Assembly (NCBI RefSeq): GCF_009827135.1
Contig: NZ_CP046534.1
Span: 750,001 to 782,000, forward strand
From: Blochmannia endosymbiont of Camponotus nipponensis
Lineage (GTDB): Bacteria > Pseudomonadota > Gammaproteobacteria > Enterobacterales > Enterobacteriaceae
Reading direction: 5' to 3'
DNA length: 32,000 nucleotides
The notes beneath the pieces were generated by a model. It did no database searches and was not told the DNA's origin. It saw nothing but the letters and a program-made list of their open reading frames with translations. Below, in pieces: positions 9,311-20,232 of the stretch (positions are counted from its first letter, which is position 1; the number at the start of each line of letters is the position of its first letter). The position numbers were made by a program, and so were the translations under genes.

Positions 9311-10596
9311 ATTATAGACCCTATTAAAACCTCATTGATTCTTTTCAAAATAATCTCCCGTAATACAGGATTTTCAATTGATCTTATAATCTCAATAGCA
9401 AAAGCATGAACAAGCATTTTTAAAGCATCTTTTTTTGAAATACCACGTGTATTTAGATAAAATAGATGATAATTATCAATTTGTCCTATTGTTGCACCGT
9501 GACTACATTTTACATCGTCAGAGTAAATTTCAAGTTTAGGTATGCTATTGATAGTAGCATCTTGATGCAATAATAAGTTATTGTTTATCATTTTTCCATC
9601 AGTTTTTATAGAATCTGGATTTACTTTTATTAATCCATTAAACACGCCAGTACTACAATTACATGCGATTATTTTATGTAATTGTCTACTTGATGCATGT
9701 TCTCGATTGTTATGCTCTAAATAAGTACGTATATCTCCAACATCCTGTTCGGATAGAAAAACCAAACTATTTAATGCTAAATATGATTTTGAATGATTTA
9801 CTTGAGCGCTAGTTTGATGACACGTGAGTTTAGGCCCAAGAATAACAAAAATACTACTGTTTACATCTGAAGATTGTCCTAAACTAATATCATTATGTGA
9901 TATATGATAACTTGTTTTATTTTCAAATACTAATTTAATATGAGACAATCTAGCTCGGTTTCCTATTGTCATAGACATACGTGCGCCACTAAAATGTCTG
10001 TTTTCATTTATACTAATAAAATGTTCTATGACACACGTGTTAGAATCCTGCCCAATTTCAAGATGATGGTGATAATGTGATGTAACTAATGTATTTTTTA
10101 CATTAGATCCTTCGTTGATATGTAATAAATATAATGGTTTTTTTGTTATTTTTTTTGTAGGTAAATTTATTTGTATTGTTGCATCACTTAAATATTCAGT
10201 TAAATATAAAAACATTTCTGGTTGAATAGGATTAATTATTTCGTGACGATTGGGATTACGGTTGATTTTTATTGTCCATGGATCTATATTTTTATCGCTT
10301 AATTCAGACGAAAATCTACCGTTAATAAATATTAAACGATAAGCATCTATAGAAAATCCTACTGATTTATATCTAGATATATTCAACTCATTATTTTCGG
10401 AACATTCAAAATTGTACGTTAAAAATTCTTCAAGTGAAGTATATTTCCAATTATTTTCCTTAAAACTCGATAATCCGAACATTTTAATGCGTTTCCAATA
10501 TTTATCTATCAAACTTGAATGAATGTTATTTTTTTTTTTAAATAATTCATACCATTCATTTAATACTCGATTTGCATTATTCAGATAACCAACCAT
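9307..10596 (-). CDS. sufD: Fe-S cluster assembly protein SufD
   Basis: Collinear with E. coli SufD ([38 protein letters not shown]). The ORF-track start at 10611 is TTG. ATG 10596 (MVGYLNN) has GAGGA about 9 nt upstream and fits the E. coli N-terminus. It overlaps the sufC 3' end by 20 nt. Confidence 0.92.
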   Translation of the reverse strand: MVGYLNNANRVLNEWYELFKKKNNIHSSLIDKYWKRIKMFGLSSFKENNWKYTSLEEFLTYNFECSENNELNISRYKSVGFSIDAYRLIFINGRFSSELSDKNIDPWTIKINRNPNRHEIINPIQPEMFLYLTEYLSDATIQINLPTKKITKKPLYLLHINEGSNVKNTLVTSHYHHHLEIGQDSNTCVIEHFISINENRHFSGARMSMTIGNRARLSHIKLVFENKTSYHISHNDISLGQSSDVNSSIFVILGPKLTCHQTSAQVNHSKSYLALNSLVFLSEQDVGDIRTYLEHNNREHASSRQLHKIIACNCSTGVFNGLIKVNPDSIKTDGKMINNNLLLHQDATINSIPKLEIYSDDVKCSHGATIGQIDNYHLFYLNTRGISKKDALKMLVHAFAIEIIRSIENPVLREIILKRINEVLIGSII

Positions 10597-11320
10597 AACC
10601 TTTTTCCTCAAGCTTTTTTACTAAAGAAATATTACCAGATTTCACAATTTGACCCTTATATAACACATGAACATAATCAGGTTTAATATATTCTAAGATT
10701 CTTTGGTAGTGAGTAATAATTACAAATGAACGTATTTTATTACTTAATATATTAAGACCGTTATAAACAATTTTTACTGCATCAATATCCAAACCAGAAT
10801 CTGTTTCATCAAGAATACACAATAATGGCTCTAACATCATCATTTGAAGAATATCATTACGCTTTTTTTCACCCCCGGAAAATCCAACATTTACTGATCG
10901 AGTTAAAAGATCGTCAGGCATTTTTAACAATATCATATTTTTCTTAACAAGTTGATTAAAATCAAATCGATCTAAGAGAGGTTGATGTCTATATTTACGT
11001 ATAGCATTAACAGCGCTGTATAAAAATAATTGATTGCTAATTCCTGGAATATCTACCGGATGTTGAAATGCCACAAAAATGCCTTCTCCAGCACGTTCTT
11101 CTGGTTTAAGAGGTAATAAATTTTTTTTTTTAAACAATATTTCCCCATCAGTAACAACATAATCCTGCTGACCAGATAATGTAGCAGATAATGTACTTTT
11201 TCCTGAACCATTAGGTCCCATAATAATATGTATTTCACCAGAATTAATTTCTAAATTTAATTTCTTTAGAATAGATATACCTTTTACGCTGACATTCAAA
11301 TTTTTTATTGATAATATCAT
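10577..11320 (-). CDS. sufC: Fe-S cluster assembly ATPase SufC
   Basis: ATG 11320 gives MILSIKNLNV, matching E. coli MLSIKDLHV. The ORF-track form carries a 22-aa spurious extension. It has Walker A GPNGSGKST, signature FSGGEKKR and Walker B LCILDETDSGLD. 247 aa (E. coli 248). Confidence 0.95.
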   Translation of the reverse strand: MILSIKNLNVSVKGISILKKLNLEINSGEIHIIMGPNGSGKSTLSATLSGQQDYVVTDGEILFKKKNLLPLKPEERAGEGIFVAFQHPVDIPGISNQLFLYSAVNAIRKYRHQPLLDRFDFNQLVKKNMILLKMPDDLLTRSVNVGFSGGEKKRNDILQMMMLEPLLCILDETDSGLDIDAVKIVYNGLNILSNKIRSFVIITHYQRILEYIKPDYVHVLYKGQIVKSGNISLVKKLEEKGYGWLSE

Positions 11321-11375
11321 AATTACTCCGTATTGAATGAATGTACTTATGTTTAAAATACTTAGAAAATAAATT

Positions 11376-12875
11376 TTATCCAACACTGTGTTCTAAAGTA
11401 ATCGATAATAACCTCTGTGCTTCTACAGAAAATTCTAAAGGTAATTTAGAGAATATATCTTTACAAAATCCATTTACAATCATAGAAATGGCATCATCTT
11501 CATTAATTCCACGTTGGCGACAATAAAACAATTGATTATCACTGATTCGTGAAGTTGTAGCTTCATGTTCTAACTGCGCGCTATTATTTTGCGATGCAAT
11601 TATAGGAAATGTGTGAGAACCACATTTTTTACCTATTAACATTGAATCGCATTGTGTAAAATTACGTGAATTTGTAGCAGTTTTCATAATTTTAACTAAT
11701 CCTCGATAAGTATTTTGGCTATTGCCAAGAGCAATTCCTTTTGAAATAATAGTCGAGCGGGTATTTTCCCCGATATGAATCATTTTTGTTCCGGTATCTG
11801 CTTGTTGTGTACCATTAGTAATAGCAACTGAAAAAAATTCTCCAATAGAATTTTTTCCTTTTAAAATTACACTTGGGTACTTCCAGGTGATAGCAGACCC
11901 AGATTCAGATTGAGTCCAAGACATTTTAGAATTCTCTCCAGCACATAGTGCTCGCTTAGTAACAAAGTTTAAAATACCACCCTGAGAGAACTGATTACCA
12001 GAAAACCAATTTTGTACTGTTGAATATTTTACCTGAGCATCTTTGAGTACGATAACTTCTACAACTGCTGCATGAAGTTGATAATTATTATGCATTGGCG
12101 CTGAACATCCTTCAATATAGCTTACATAACTACCTATATCTGCAATTAAAATAGTACGCTCAAATTGCCCAGTTTTTTTAGAATTCATTCTAAAGTAAGT
12201 TGAAAGTTCCATGGGACAACGTACATTTTTAGGAATATATATAAATGTGCCATCGGATACAACCGCAGCATTAAGTGCAGCAAAAAAATTATCTTTAAAA
12301 GTCACTACAGTTCCCAAGTATTGGCGTACTAAATCTGGATAATCACGAATGGCATCGTGAAATGAACAAAAAATAATACCTTTTTTTAATAAAGTTGCAC
12401 GAAATGTAGTAGATACAGAAACTGAGTCAAAAATAGCATCAACTGCTATGTTTCCTTCTTCATATACTGGGATACCTAATTTATTAAATGTTTTTTCTAC
12501 TTCTTTAGTTAAATATTTTGATTTATTTGAAGGAGTATTTGCATTTTTTTGTATTTCGTAATTTTCTTCTTTAATTGTACATACGGGAGCAGAAAAATAA
12601 CTATAGGAGTTATAATTGAGTTTTTGATAATTTCCTTTTAACCAATGCGGTTCTTGCATATTAGACCAAGCATGATAACCCGACAGCCTGAATTCTAACA
12701 TCCATTTCGGCTCTGATCTTTTTTCTGAAATAGCATATATTGTATTTTCATTAATACCTTGTGTAAATTCTTCATTGCTTAATTTAGTAAAAAACCCTTC
12801 TTTATAATACAAATCATCACTGTTCACTATTTTTTTTTTATTAATATTATACATGTTAAAGTTATTGCATATCAT
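11376..12875 (-). CDS. sufB: Fe-S cluster assembly scaffold SufB
   Basis: 499 aa (E. coli 495). Near-identical blocks include SYIEGCSAP, YSTVQNWF, MSWTQSESGSAITWKYPS, GTKMIHIG and EHEATTSRI..QLFYCRQRGI. The exact start (12875 or the ATG 7 codons downstream) is uncertain because neither has a clear SD. Confidence 0.95.
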   Translation of the reverse strand: MICNNFNMYNINKKKIVNSDDLYYKEGFFTKLSNEEFTQGINENTIYAISEKRSEPKWMLEFRLSGYHAWSNMQEPHWLKGNYQKLNYNSYSYFSAPVCTIKEENYEIQKNANTPSNKSKYLTKEVEKTFNKLGIPVYEEGNIAVDAIFDSVSVSTTFRATLLKKGIIFCSFHDAIRDYPDLVRQYLGTVVTFKDNFFAALNAAVVSDGTFIYIPKNVRCPMELSTYFRMNSKKTGQFERTILIADIGSYVSYIEGCSAPMHNNYQLHAAVVEVIVLKDAQVKYSTVQNWFSGNQFSQGGILNFVTKRALCAGENSKMSWTQSESGSAITWKYPSVILKGKNSIGEFFSVAITNGTQQADTGTKMIHIGENTRSTIISKGIALGNSQNTYRGLVKIMKTATNSRNFTQCDSMLIGKKCGSHTFPIIASQNNSAQLEHEATTSRISDNQLFYCRQRGINEDDAISMIVNGFCKDIFSKLPLEFSVEAQRLLSITLEHSVG

Positions 12876-12889
12876 AATAATACCCGTTG

Positions 12890-13270
12890 TTAAATTCCAA
12901 AACTTTCACCACACCCACAAGAATATTGCGCTTGAGGATTGTTAAATTTAAACATATAATTTAAACCTTCTTGTACGTAATCTAATTCGGTACCATCAAT
13001 CAATGGCATTATATGTGATGGTACGAACAATTTAGCTCCATTACGTTCATATATTAAGTAATTGTTATCTAATGATGTAACTTTATCCATAAGATATGTA
13101 AAACCCGCACATCCTGATTTTTTTACGGTTACTTTTAATCCCAACATATTGGGATTGTTATGTATTAAATTAAGAATTTGTTGTACTGCTGCATCAGTTA
13201 AAGTTAACCCATCCCAAGAAATATGATTTTTAGGTATGTGATGCACATTTTGTTGAAGATCATTTTTCAT
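12890..13270 (-). CDS. sufA: Fe-S cluster insertion (A-type carrier) protein SufA
   Basis: 126 aa, with KKSGCAGF and the C-terminal CGCGESF cluster-ligand motifs. It is the first gene of the suf operon. Confidence 0.93.
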   Translation of the reverse strand: MKNDLQQNVHHIPKNHISWDGLTLTDAAVQQILNLIHNNPNMLGLKVTVKKSGCAGFTYLMDKVTSLDNNYLIYERNGAKLFVPSHIMPLIDGTELDYVQEGLNYMFKFNNPQAQYSCGCGESFGI

Positions 13271-13737
13271 AAAAATTGCCTTTACGTTGATTTACAACGT
13301 TCATCAGAGCAAGTATCTTAATTATTTTATTGTATTGAATATAAATATTATCGCAAAAATATATATTTACATATATCAAAATATACATATATCTCATTAT
13401 TATGAGATGATAGAAAAGTTCATTTTTTATCATATACCCATTTAATAATCATGTATGAAATATAAATTTCATATCTTTTTATATTTATAAATATAGTGCT
13501 CTTTAAAATTATTTTTTATTTTAAATCATAAAATATGATTTATCTTTAATAAATGGATCATTATATCATATTACATAATACATAACGATTGATTATTTTT
13601 AACATTAATCGTAAATTATTTCATCTGGGAACTGATTGAAATCAGTGAAAATACAACATGTAGCAACCATACAATTGCATCAGAAATATCAAAATCTTCA
13701 TTGATAATTAAAACTAATATATGAAACTAACACTGCA

Positions 13738-14754
13738 CTAAGATACTTTTTTGATTAACCAACGAGAAACTTCTGATAACTCTTCTTTGTATTGAGGCCA
13801 GTCTTTTATCCATTCTGTACAACAATATTGAATAGTTTTATCGTTATATGGTATACCTACCAGTTTTTTTGCTAATGTTTCTATAGGATCTGGTTCTAAG
13901 CTGTCGGTAAAAATACGACTACGATTAATGATTCCACGTTCTATATCGAAATGTAATGTCACACTACCCCACTCAAAACGTGCATCTAACTGGTGTGTAA
14001 ACGCAGGAGCACTACCAAAATTCCAGTTCCAATCACATTGTTTGTTGAACAGTTCAACAAATCCTGGTATATGATAAAAATCATTTATAGATAATATTTC
14101 TGATTTTACTCTCATTCCATGATATTGGAAAAATGCTTCTGTCAAACCTTGGCATACTTCTTGATGATCAATACTAGGTTTTAATTGATTTAAATTAGCA
14201 ACCCGTGATCGAATAGAAGTAATTCCTTTAGTTTTTAGCTTTTTAAAATCTGGGTTAAGGTAATAAGTAAGTTTATCAATATTAACGTGTAAGAGTAATG
14301 TACCGTGATGAAATTTACGCCCAGATGTTTCACGATATGCAGAGCCACTAATTTTACGTTCTCCATCTACTGTATGTATAACGAGATCATTTCGTCCAGA
14401 AATAATAGCTTTGATTCCAATATGATTTAATCCATTTAACACAATATTAGTGGATAATTTTTTATCATAATGTTCCTGAGTGGATATGAAGGTGAAACAA
14501 GTATTACCTAAATCATGAAACACAGCTCCGCCCCCACTACTCCTTCTAGCTAATTTAATTCCATCTCTTTCCATACGACGAGTATTACATTCTTTCCATG
14601 CATTTTGAGCACGACCTATAACCACTGTATTTTGATTTCTCCATAAGAATAATATAGATTGTTTTTTGGGTATATTTTTAAACATATATTCTTCAACTGA
14701 TAAATTAAACCACGGGTCGTAAGAGTCAGATAATAACAATCGTAAAGAATACAT
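13738..14754 (-). CDS. lplA: lipoate--protein ligase A
   Basis: 338 aa, the same length as E. coli Lpl[46 protein letters not shown] and FHHGTLLL are collinear. A strong SD (AGGAGGA) precedes the ATG. Confidence 0.95.
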   Translation of the reverse strand: MYSLRLLLSDSYDPWFNLSVEEYMFKNIPKKQSILFLWRNQNTVVIGRAQNAWKECNTRRMERDGIKLARRSSGGGAVFHDLGNTCFTFISTQEHYDKKLSTNIVLNGLNHIGIKAIISGRNDLVIHTVDGERKISGSAYRETSGRKFHHGTLLLHVNIDKLTYYLNPDFKKLKTKGITSIRSRVANLNQLKPSIDHQEVCQGLTEAFFQYHGMRVKSEILSINDFYHIPGFVELFNKQCDWNWNFGSAPAFTHQLDARFEWGSVTLHFDIERGIINRSRIFTDSLEPDPIETLAKKLVGIPYNDKTIQYCCTEWIKDWPQYKEELSEVSRWLIKKVS

Positions 14755-15303
14755 ACATTATCCTCCTTTAGTATTTAATATTTAAGTTATAAATTTCATA
14801 TGTAAACACAATGTTATTGTTATCACTAGTTATAGTGACTTTAAATTATTTTAAATCAAATTATCAGTATTAAAAATAAATTTTTATCCATGATTTTCAA
14901 TTTCTATTTATAGTTACATATTAATTTTAATCATCAATTAATATTATAAATAATATATTTTTTATTTATAATTGTGATAAAAATATTATACTTGATGTAT
15001 GAAAACAATATCTCATTCTTTAAATGTAATTTAAATATTATTTAATAAAATTTAAAACAGAACATTGATATTTTTATCAAACTAAATAATTAATATTTAT
15101 GATAATAATTATTATATATATTTATACTAAATATATCTTATAACAATAGTATATAAAAAATTTTTTAAAAATCGTGTAACTAAAAATATTTAAGAATGCA
15201 TGAATGATGGTTATAATAGGTTCATTTACAATAATATATGTATTGCTTTTAGTAATATTTGGATACGGTTGTATATATCATGCTCATGATGATATTAGTA
15301 TTA

Positions 15304-17700
15304 TTATCTTACAGTACCATGGAAACGCTCTTTCAAAATTATAGAGCATTTATTAACAACATCAGAAATTTCTTCTTCTTTTAAAGTATGTGTTGTGCTT
15401 TGTAAAAGCAGTCTAATAGTAAAACTTTTACAACCTTTTGAGATATTTTTACCTCTATAAAGATCAGATATTTTAATATCCACCAATTGATCTGTATTAG
15501 CAATTTTTTTACATTCAGTAATAACGGACTCTGCAGAAATATCATCTGACACTATTACAGAAATATCACGGTAATTTTTAGGAAACTTAGAAATAGCGGT
15601 AATTTTAGGTAATATAAATTGGGACACCATGTTCCACGATAGCTCAAATACTAATATATGTGAACGTAAATTTAATTTCATTTGTATAGCAGGATGGATC
15701 ATTCCAATGTATCCAACGCATATGTCGTTTAAATAAATTGCCGCACTTTGATTAGAATATAATGCAGGATGTGTACACTTTTTAAATCTAATACAACTTA
15801 TTTTATTAGTTGCATTTAACAATGCCTCTACATCTCCTTTTATATCATAAAAATCTACCGAATATGTTGTTAAATCCCAGTGTTCATTAAATCTAAACCC
15901 AGATCGTATGCCAGCTATCATAAAATTTTGATGTACCTGATTTTCAGCAGTTTTTTCTGGAATAAAACATATACCACTTTCAAATAATTTAATGTGTTTT
16001 TGTTGTCTATTTATATTATGTATTACTGTTGTAATTAACCCAGGCCATAAAGATAATCTCATGCTAGCCATATCTAATGTCATTGGATTTTTTAAAATTA
16101 ATGGAATTTTCTGTGGATGTAATAATTTTTGAATTTTAGGATTTACGAAACTATATGTTATTATTTCTTGGTAACCACGATCTATCAATAAATTTTTTAC
16201 TCTTGATAACGATATAGTTGATACATTATTGTAATCTGTTATTAATTTTGTACGAATAGAAACACGAGGAATATTGTTATATCCATAAATACGTATTATC
16301 TCTGCTATTAAATTTTCTTCTATAGAAATATCAAAACGCCAAGTTGGTGTTAATACTGTCCAACTATTATTTGAAAATTCTGTTTGAAAACCAAGTCGTT
16401 TTAAAATATATGTGATTTCTTGACTTGGGATATGAAACCCAATAATTTTATCTAATTTAGTACGATTTAATACAATATTAATTGGTTTTGGTACCATATC
16501 ATGGTTAATTACACTTATTATTGGGCCAGGATAACCACCACAGCTTTTTAGCAATAATGATGTGACACGATCTAAAGCTAATTTGGATGCACTTGGGTCA
16601 ATTCCTCGTGTATAATGTAAGGAAGAAAGGTCGTTCATACGATATAATCTAGACTGATTCGCGATAGTAGATGGAGGAAAAAATACAGATTGTATCATTA
16701 TGTGACGAGTGTTAGGACAAATAGAATATTTATTGGGAAAAATTGTTCCAGCGATTGATAATGGTTTTGTATAATCAGAGATAATTATTGTATTTGGAAA
16801 TAGTTTTAAATGATTATTATTGTCATGAGATAACTTTAGTATTTCTCCGAATTGAGAGAAACGTATACGTATTATATTTCCATCAATTTTTTCATAATCA
16901 AAAATATAAATCGGATGTCCTAGTTCCAATAACACATAATTGACAATATCTATGACTATATTGACTGAACAGATTCCACAGCGACGTAGTTTTTCTGTAA
17001 TCCATAAAGGTGTAGGAACGGTAATGTGAATATTTTTTAAAATTCTTCCCAAGAACTGTGGGCATATATCAGGAATCTCAATAGAAATTGGAATAATATC
17101 GTTAATTGTTGGTTTAATTGAATTTGTTTTTATTTTTTTTAATTTTAAATGATTTATAGCTGCTATTTCTCTAGAAATACCCAATATATGCAGACAATCT
17201 CCTCTATTAGGAGTAATATTAATTTCAATAACGTTATCATAAAGGTGTAAGTAATTATAAAAATTTTGTCCAATGGGTGCATTGATGGGTAGTTCTATTA
17301 TACCTACTGTATGATTAATTATTCCTAATGTTGCAAAAGTACATAACATTCCTTCTGATTGTTGTCCTTGTATAGTAGTTAATTGAACTTTATGTCCATT
17401 TGGTAATATTGCTCCTACATTAGCAACAGCCACTCGAATATTTTTACGACAATTGGGAGCGTCACAAACAATACTTAATAATTTATTGCTACCGTTATTA
17501 ACCTTTATTATCCATATATTATGATAGTTAGGATGCATTTTACAGTCTACAATTTCTCCAATAACTACTCCATGAAACATATTAGCAACCGGTTTTAACT
17601 CATTAACTTTAAAGCCAGCCATAGTTAATTGCTTGACTAACTCAATACTACTAATAGACGGATTTATCCATTCACGTATCCACATTTCACTAAATTTCAT
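15304..17700 (-). CDS. pheT: phenylalanine--tRNA ligase beta subunit
   Basis: 798 aa (E. coli 795). The start [11 protein letters not shown] matches E. coli MKFSELWLREW. The N-terminal tRNA-binding domain, B3/4, B5 and C-terminal anticodon-binding-like domains are all in order. It lies 15 nt downstream of pheS. Confidence 0.96.
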   Translation of the reverse strand: MKFSEMWIREWINPSISSIELVKQLTMAGFKVNELKPVANMFHGVVIGEIVDCKMHPNYHNIWIIKVNNGSNKLLSIVCDAPNCRKNIRVAVANVGAILPNGHKVQLTTIQGQQSEGMLCTFATLGIINHTVGIIELPINAPIGQNFYNYLHLYDNVIEINITPNRGDCLHILGISREIAAINHLKLKKIKTNSIKPTINDIIPISIEIPDICPQFLGRILKNIHITVPTPLWITEKLRRCGICSVNIVIDIVNYVLLELGHPIYIFDYEKIDGNIIRIRFSQFGEILKLSHDNNNHLKLFPNTIIISDYTKPLSIAGTIFPNKYSICPNTRHIMIQSVFFPPSTIANQSRLYRMNDLSSLHYTRGIDPSASKLALDRVTSLLLKSCGGYPGPIISVINHDMVPKPINIVLNRTKLDKIIGFHIPSQEITYILKRLGFQTEFSNNSWTVLTPTWRFDISIEENLIAEIIRIYGYNNIPRVSIRTKLITDYNNVSTISLSRVKNLLIDRGYQEIITYSFVNPKIQKLLHPQKIPLILKNPMTLDMASMRLSLWPGLITTVIHNINRQQKHIKLFESGICFIPEKTAENQVHQNFMIAGIRSGFRFNEHWDLTTYSVDFYDIKGDVEALLNATNKISCIRFKKCTHPALYSNQSAAIYLNDICVGYIGMIHPAIQMKLNLRSHILVFELSWNMVSQFILPKITAISKFPKNYRDISVIVSDDISAESVITECKKIANTDQLVDIKISDLYRGKNISKGCKSFTIRLLLQSTTHTLKEEEISDVVNKCSIILKERFHGTVR

Positions 17701-17715
17701 TTGAACATTCCTATA

Positions 17716-18708
17716 TCATTTAAATTGCTCAAGAAATTGTAAATCATTTTTAAAAAAAACACGCATGTCGCTAATGTTATATAGTAACATTGTTAGCCGT
17801 TCTATTCCTATTCCAAAAGCAAATCCCGAAAATTTTTCTGTATTGATACCAACATGATGTAATATTTTAGGATGTACCATACCGCACCCTAAAAGTTCTA
17901 ACCAATTTCCAGTTTTTTGTTCCATTACATCTATTTCTGCAGATGGTTCTGTAAATGGAAAATAAGATGGTCTAAATCGTAAATCGATTTTTTTTCCAAA
18001 AAAATTATATAAAAAATCATATAATATTTTTTTTAGATGACTTAAATCAATATTAGAATCTATCATTAAACCTTCCATTTGATGAAACATGGGTGTATGA
18101 TTGTGATCATAATCTTTACGATATACCCGTCCAAAAGAAATAATTCGAATTGGAGGATTTTTATCGGTCATAGCACGTATTTGAACACCGGAGGTATGCG
18201 TACGAAGTAAACGTTTTTCATCAAACCAAAAGGTATCATGTTCATCTCGAGAAGGGTGGTATGCAGGGATGTTCAAAGCGTCGAAATTAAAATAATCATC
18301 TTCAATTTCTGGCCCATATATTACGGAAAACCCCAAAGATTTAAAAAAAAGCTTCATACGTTTTATAGTACCTGTTATTGGATGATGTGTACCTATATCT
18401 GATAAACGTCCCGGTAAAGTGACATCTAACATATCTCTAATTAGGGTATTTTTTATACGTTTTGAATTTAAAATATTTTTTTGCTCAATGAATGTTTTGT
18501 ATATATCTTTTTTAGCCTTATTAATAGCTGCGCCTAATTTGGGTCGTAGTTCTGATGGAGTATGATAAATATTTTTAATTTGCTGATTTAAGTAGCCTTT
18601 TTTACCTAAAAATTTAATACGTACTTTTTCCAAAGCATCTATATTATTAGATTGTGTTATAGCTAATTTTGCCAAAATAACTAAGTTGTTTACAACATCT
18701 AATGACAT
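17716..18708 (-). CDS. pheS: phenylalanine--tRNA ligase alpha subunit
   Basis: 330 aa (E. coli 327). Class II motifs are present: [18 protein letters not shown] and [11 protein letters not shown]. An SD (GAGGA) lies upstream. Confidence 0.96.
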   Translation of the reverse strand: MSLDVVNNLVILAKLAITQSNNIDALEKVRIKFLGKKGYLNQQIKNIYHTPSELRPKLGAAINKAKKDIYKTFIEQKNILNSKRIKNTLIRDMLDVTLPGRLSDIGTHHPITGTIKRMKLFFKSLGFSVIYGPEIEDDYFNFDALNIPAYHPSRDEHDTFWFDEKRLLRTHTSGVQIRAMTDKNPPIRIISFGRVYRKDYDHNHTPMFHQMEGLMIDSNIDLSHLKKILYDFLYNFFGKKIDLRFRPSYFPFTEPSAEIDVMEQKTGNWLELLGCGMVHPKILHHVGINTEKFSGFAFGIGIERLTMLLYNISDMRVFFKNDLQFLEQFK

Positions 18709-18943
18709 AAATATCCTCTATATATTATATATAATACTATATATACTGTTTATTATGACTTTTATTCATACATAACTAATACTTAAAGCGCAAAATATAG
18801 TTTTTAAAATTGTATTGATAATGATCACGTACTAATATTAGTGCTATGTTGATAGCTACAGGATAGCAAATGTATTAATATATTATTCCATAGAATATTA
18901 AAATCTAATGTTTATAATTGGAAATACATGTTACTTGAATAGA

Positions 18944-19306
18944 TTATACATGTTCTAATTTAATTTTTGCTTTATCAATCAAAACAGAGAAAGTTTTCTT
19001 ATCAAAAATAGCTATTTCAGCAAGTATCTTTCTATTAATGGAAATATCAGATTTATTTAATCCATTTATTAAATAATTATAAGAAATACCATATTCACGT
19101 GATGCAGCGTTAATTCGATTAATCCATAACCGGCGAAATAAACGTTTTTTCTGACGACGATCTCTGTAAGAATATTGCCCAGATTTTATAACCGACTGAT
19201 AGGCAACACGATAAGTACGAGATCTAGCACCATAATAACCTGTTGCTTTCTTCAAAATTTTCTTATGTCGAGCGTGTGCCACTACACTATTTTTCACGCG
19301 TGTCAT
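18944..19306 (-). CDS. rplT: 50S ribosomal protein L20
   Basis: 120 aa. [19 protein letters not shown] and [19 protein letters not shown] match E. coli L20. Confidence 0.97.
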   Translation of the reverse strand: MTRVKNSVVAHARHKKILKKATGYYGARSRTYRVAYQSVIKSGQYSYRDRRQKKRLFRRLWINRINAASREYGISYNYLINGLNKSDISINRKILAEIAIFDKKTFSVLIDKAKIKLEHV

Positions 19307-19388
19307 GTTTATTGCTCTCCTAACGATGTAAACGATGGCACTATATTCAAAGTTATCTCAATAAATAAGTAAAACAGCATTGATATAT

Positions 19389-19586
19389 CTATATATATGG
19401 TAAAAATTTCATAATTACGCCTAAATAAATCTTAGGAAGTATAGATTTTTGACGCAAATGGCGTTTATGTTTTGTGGTTTTTTTTGTTAAAATATGTCTC
19501 ATATGAGAATGTTTATATTTATATTTTCCTAAAGCTGTTATTTTAAACCGTTTACTAGCCGCTTGGAGTGTTTTAATTTTAGGCAT
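19389..19586 (-). CDS. rpmI: 50S ribosomal protein L35
   Basis: ATG 19586 gives MPKIKT..AASKRFK, as in E. coli L35 (65 aa). The ORF-track ATG at 19595 lies inside the SD (AGGATG). Confidence 0.95.
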   Translation of the reverse strand: MPKIKTLQAASKRFKITALGKYKYKHSHMRHILTKKTTKHKRHLRQKSILPKIYLGVIMKFLPYI

Positions 19587-19686
19587 ACACCACATCCTAT
19601 ATGATTTTTTTTATTAGTATATGTTTTAGTACAAATATATGTAAATAATAGAATTATTATCTACTCTTATTAAGAAATACAATCCA

Positions 19687-20226
19687 TTATTTCTTTTTTG
19701 GAGATAAAATCATAGTCATTTGACGTCCTTCAACTTTATTGGAGAAAAATTCCACTGCTGCTAATTCCTGTAATTCATGACGTATCCGATATAAAATTTT
19801 TGAACCAAGTTGATGGTGTATTAACTCTCCCCCCCTAAAACGTAAGGTCACCTTGACTTTATCTCCTTCATTAAGAAATTTAATTAAATTACGTAACTTA
19901 ATTTGATAATCTCCTTTATCAGTACCTGGTCTGAATTTTATTTCTTTAACATGAATCACCCTTTGTTTTTTCTTTTGCTCTTTTATAGATTTATTTTTTT
20001 CGTATAGAAATTTACCATAGTTCATAATTCTACATACAGGTGGATCAGAATTTGGACTAACTTCAACTAAATCAAGACCAATATCTTCAGATTGTTTAAG
20101 TGCTTCATGTAAACTAGTCACACCCACTTGTTTTCCGTCTACCCCAGTTAAACGAACTTTTTTAGCATTAATTTCTCTATTAATACGATTTAATCGTATT
20201 GATTGCATTTTTTTTCCTAATTTAAT
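19687..20226 (-). CDS. infC: translation initiation factor IF-3 (ATT start)
   Basis: The frame stays open upstream of the ORF-track ATG (20208), back to the thrS stop. Starting at ATT 20224-20226 gives (I/M)[15 protein letters not shown], which aligns residue for residue with E. coli MKGGKRVQTARPNRIN, whose start codon is AUU. 179 aa versus 180 aa. Confidence 0.85.
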   Translation of the reverse strand: MKLGKKMQSIRLNRINREINAKKVRLTGVDGKQVGVTSLHEALKQSEDIGLDLVEVSPNSDPPVCRIMNYGKFLYEKNKSIKEQKKKQRVIHVKEIKFRPGTDKGDYQIKLRNLIKFLNEGDKVKVTLRFRGGELIHHQLGSKILYRIRHELQELAAVEFFSNKVEGRQMTMILSPKKK

Positions 20227-20232
20227 AATATG

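Noticed and set aside
11053-11526. Two 61-aa ORFs (11053-11238 minus, 11341-11526 plus) overlapping sufC and sufB
   Set aside because: Both lie within or antisense to the strongly conserved sufC and sufB frames, and their products have no recognisable features.
13391-13408. Fur-box-like imperfect palindrome ATCTCAT-TATT-ATGAGAT upstream of sufA
   Set aside because: It resembles the GATAAT-hexamer Fur consensus only weakly. It lies 120-140 nt upstream of sufA in AT-rich DNA, where such matches are common, and I saw no IscR type-2 or OxyR pattern either.
18709-18943. I looked for the pheM Phe-rich leader peptide and attenuator upstream of pheS
   Set aside because: Translating the minus strand gives only 2-5-codon ORFs (for example MYFQL*), with no run of Phe codons and no terminator/antiterminator pair. 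There is only a short near-palindrome (GTACTAATATTAGTGC, about 18829-18844) without a U-tract. The E. coli-type attenuator seems to be absent.
19175-19372. 65-aa ORF antisense to rplT
   Set aside because: It overlaps the rplT N-terminal coding region and its SD on the opposite strand. It is a shadow ORF.
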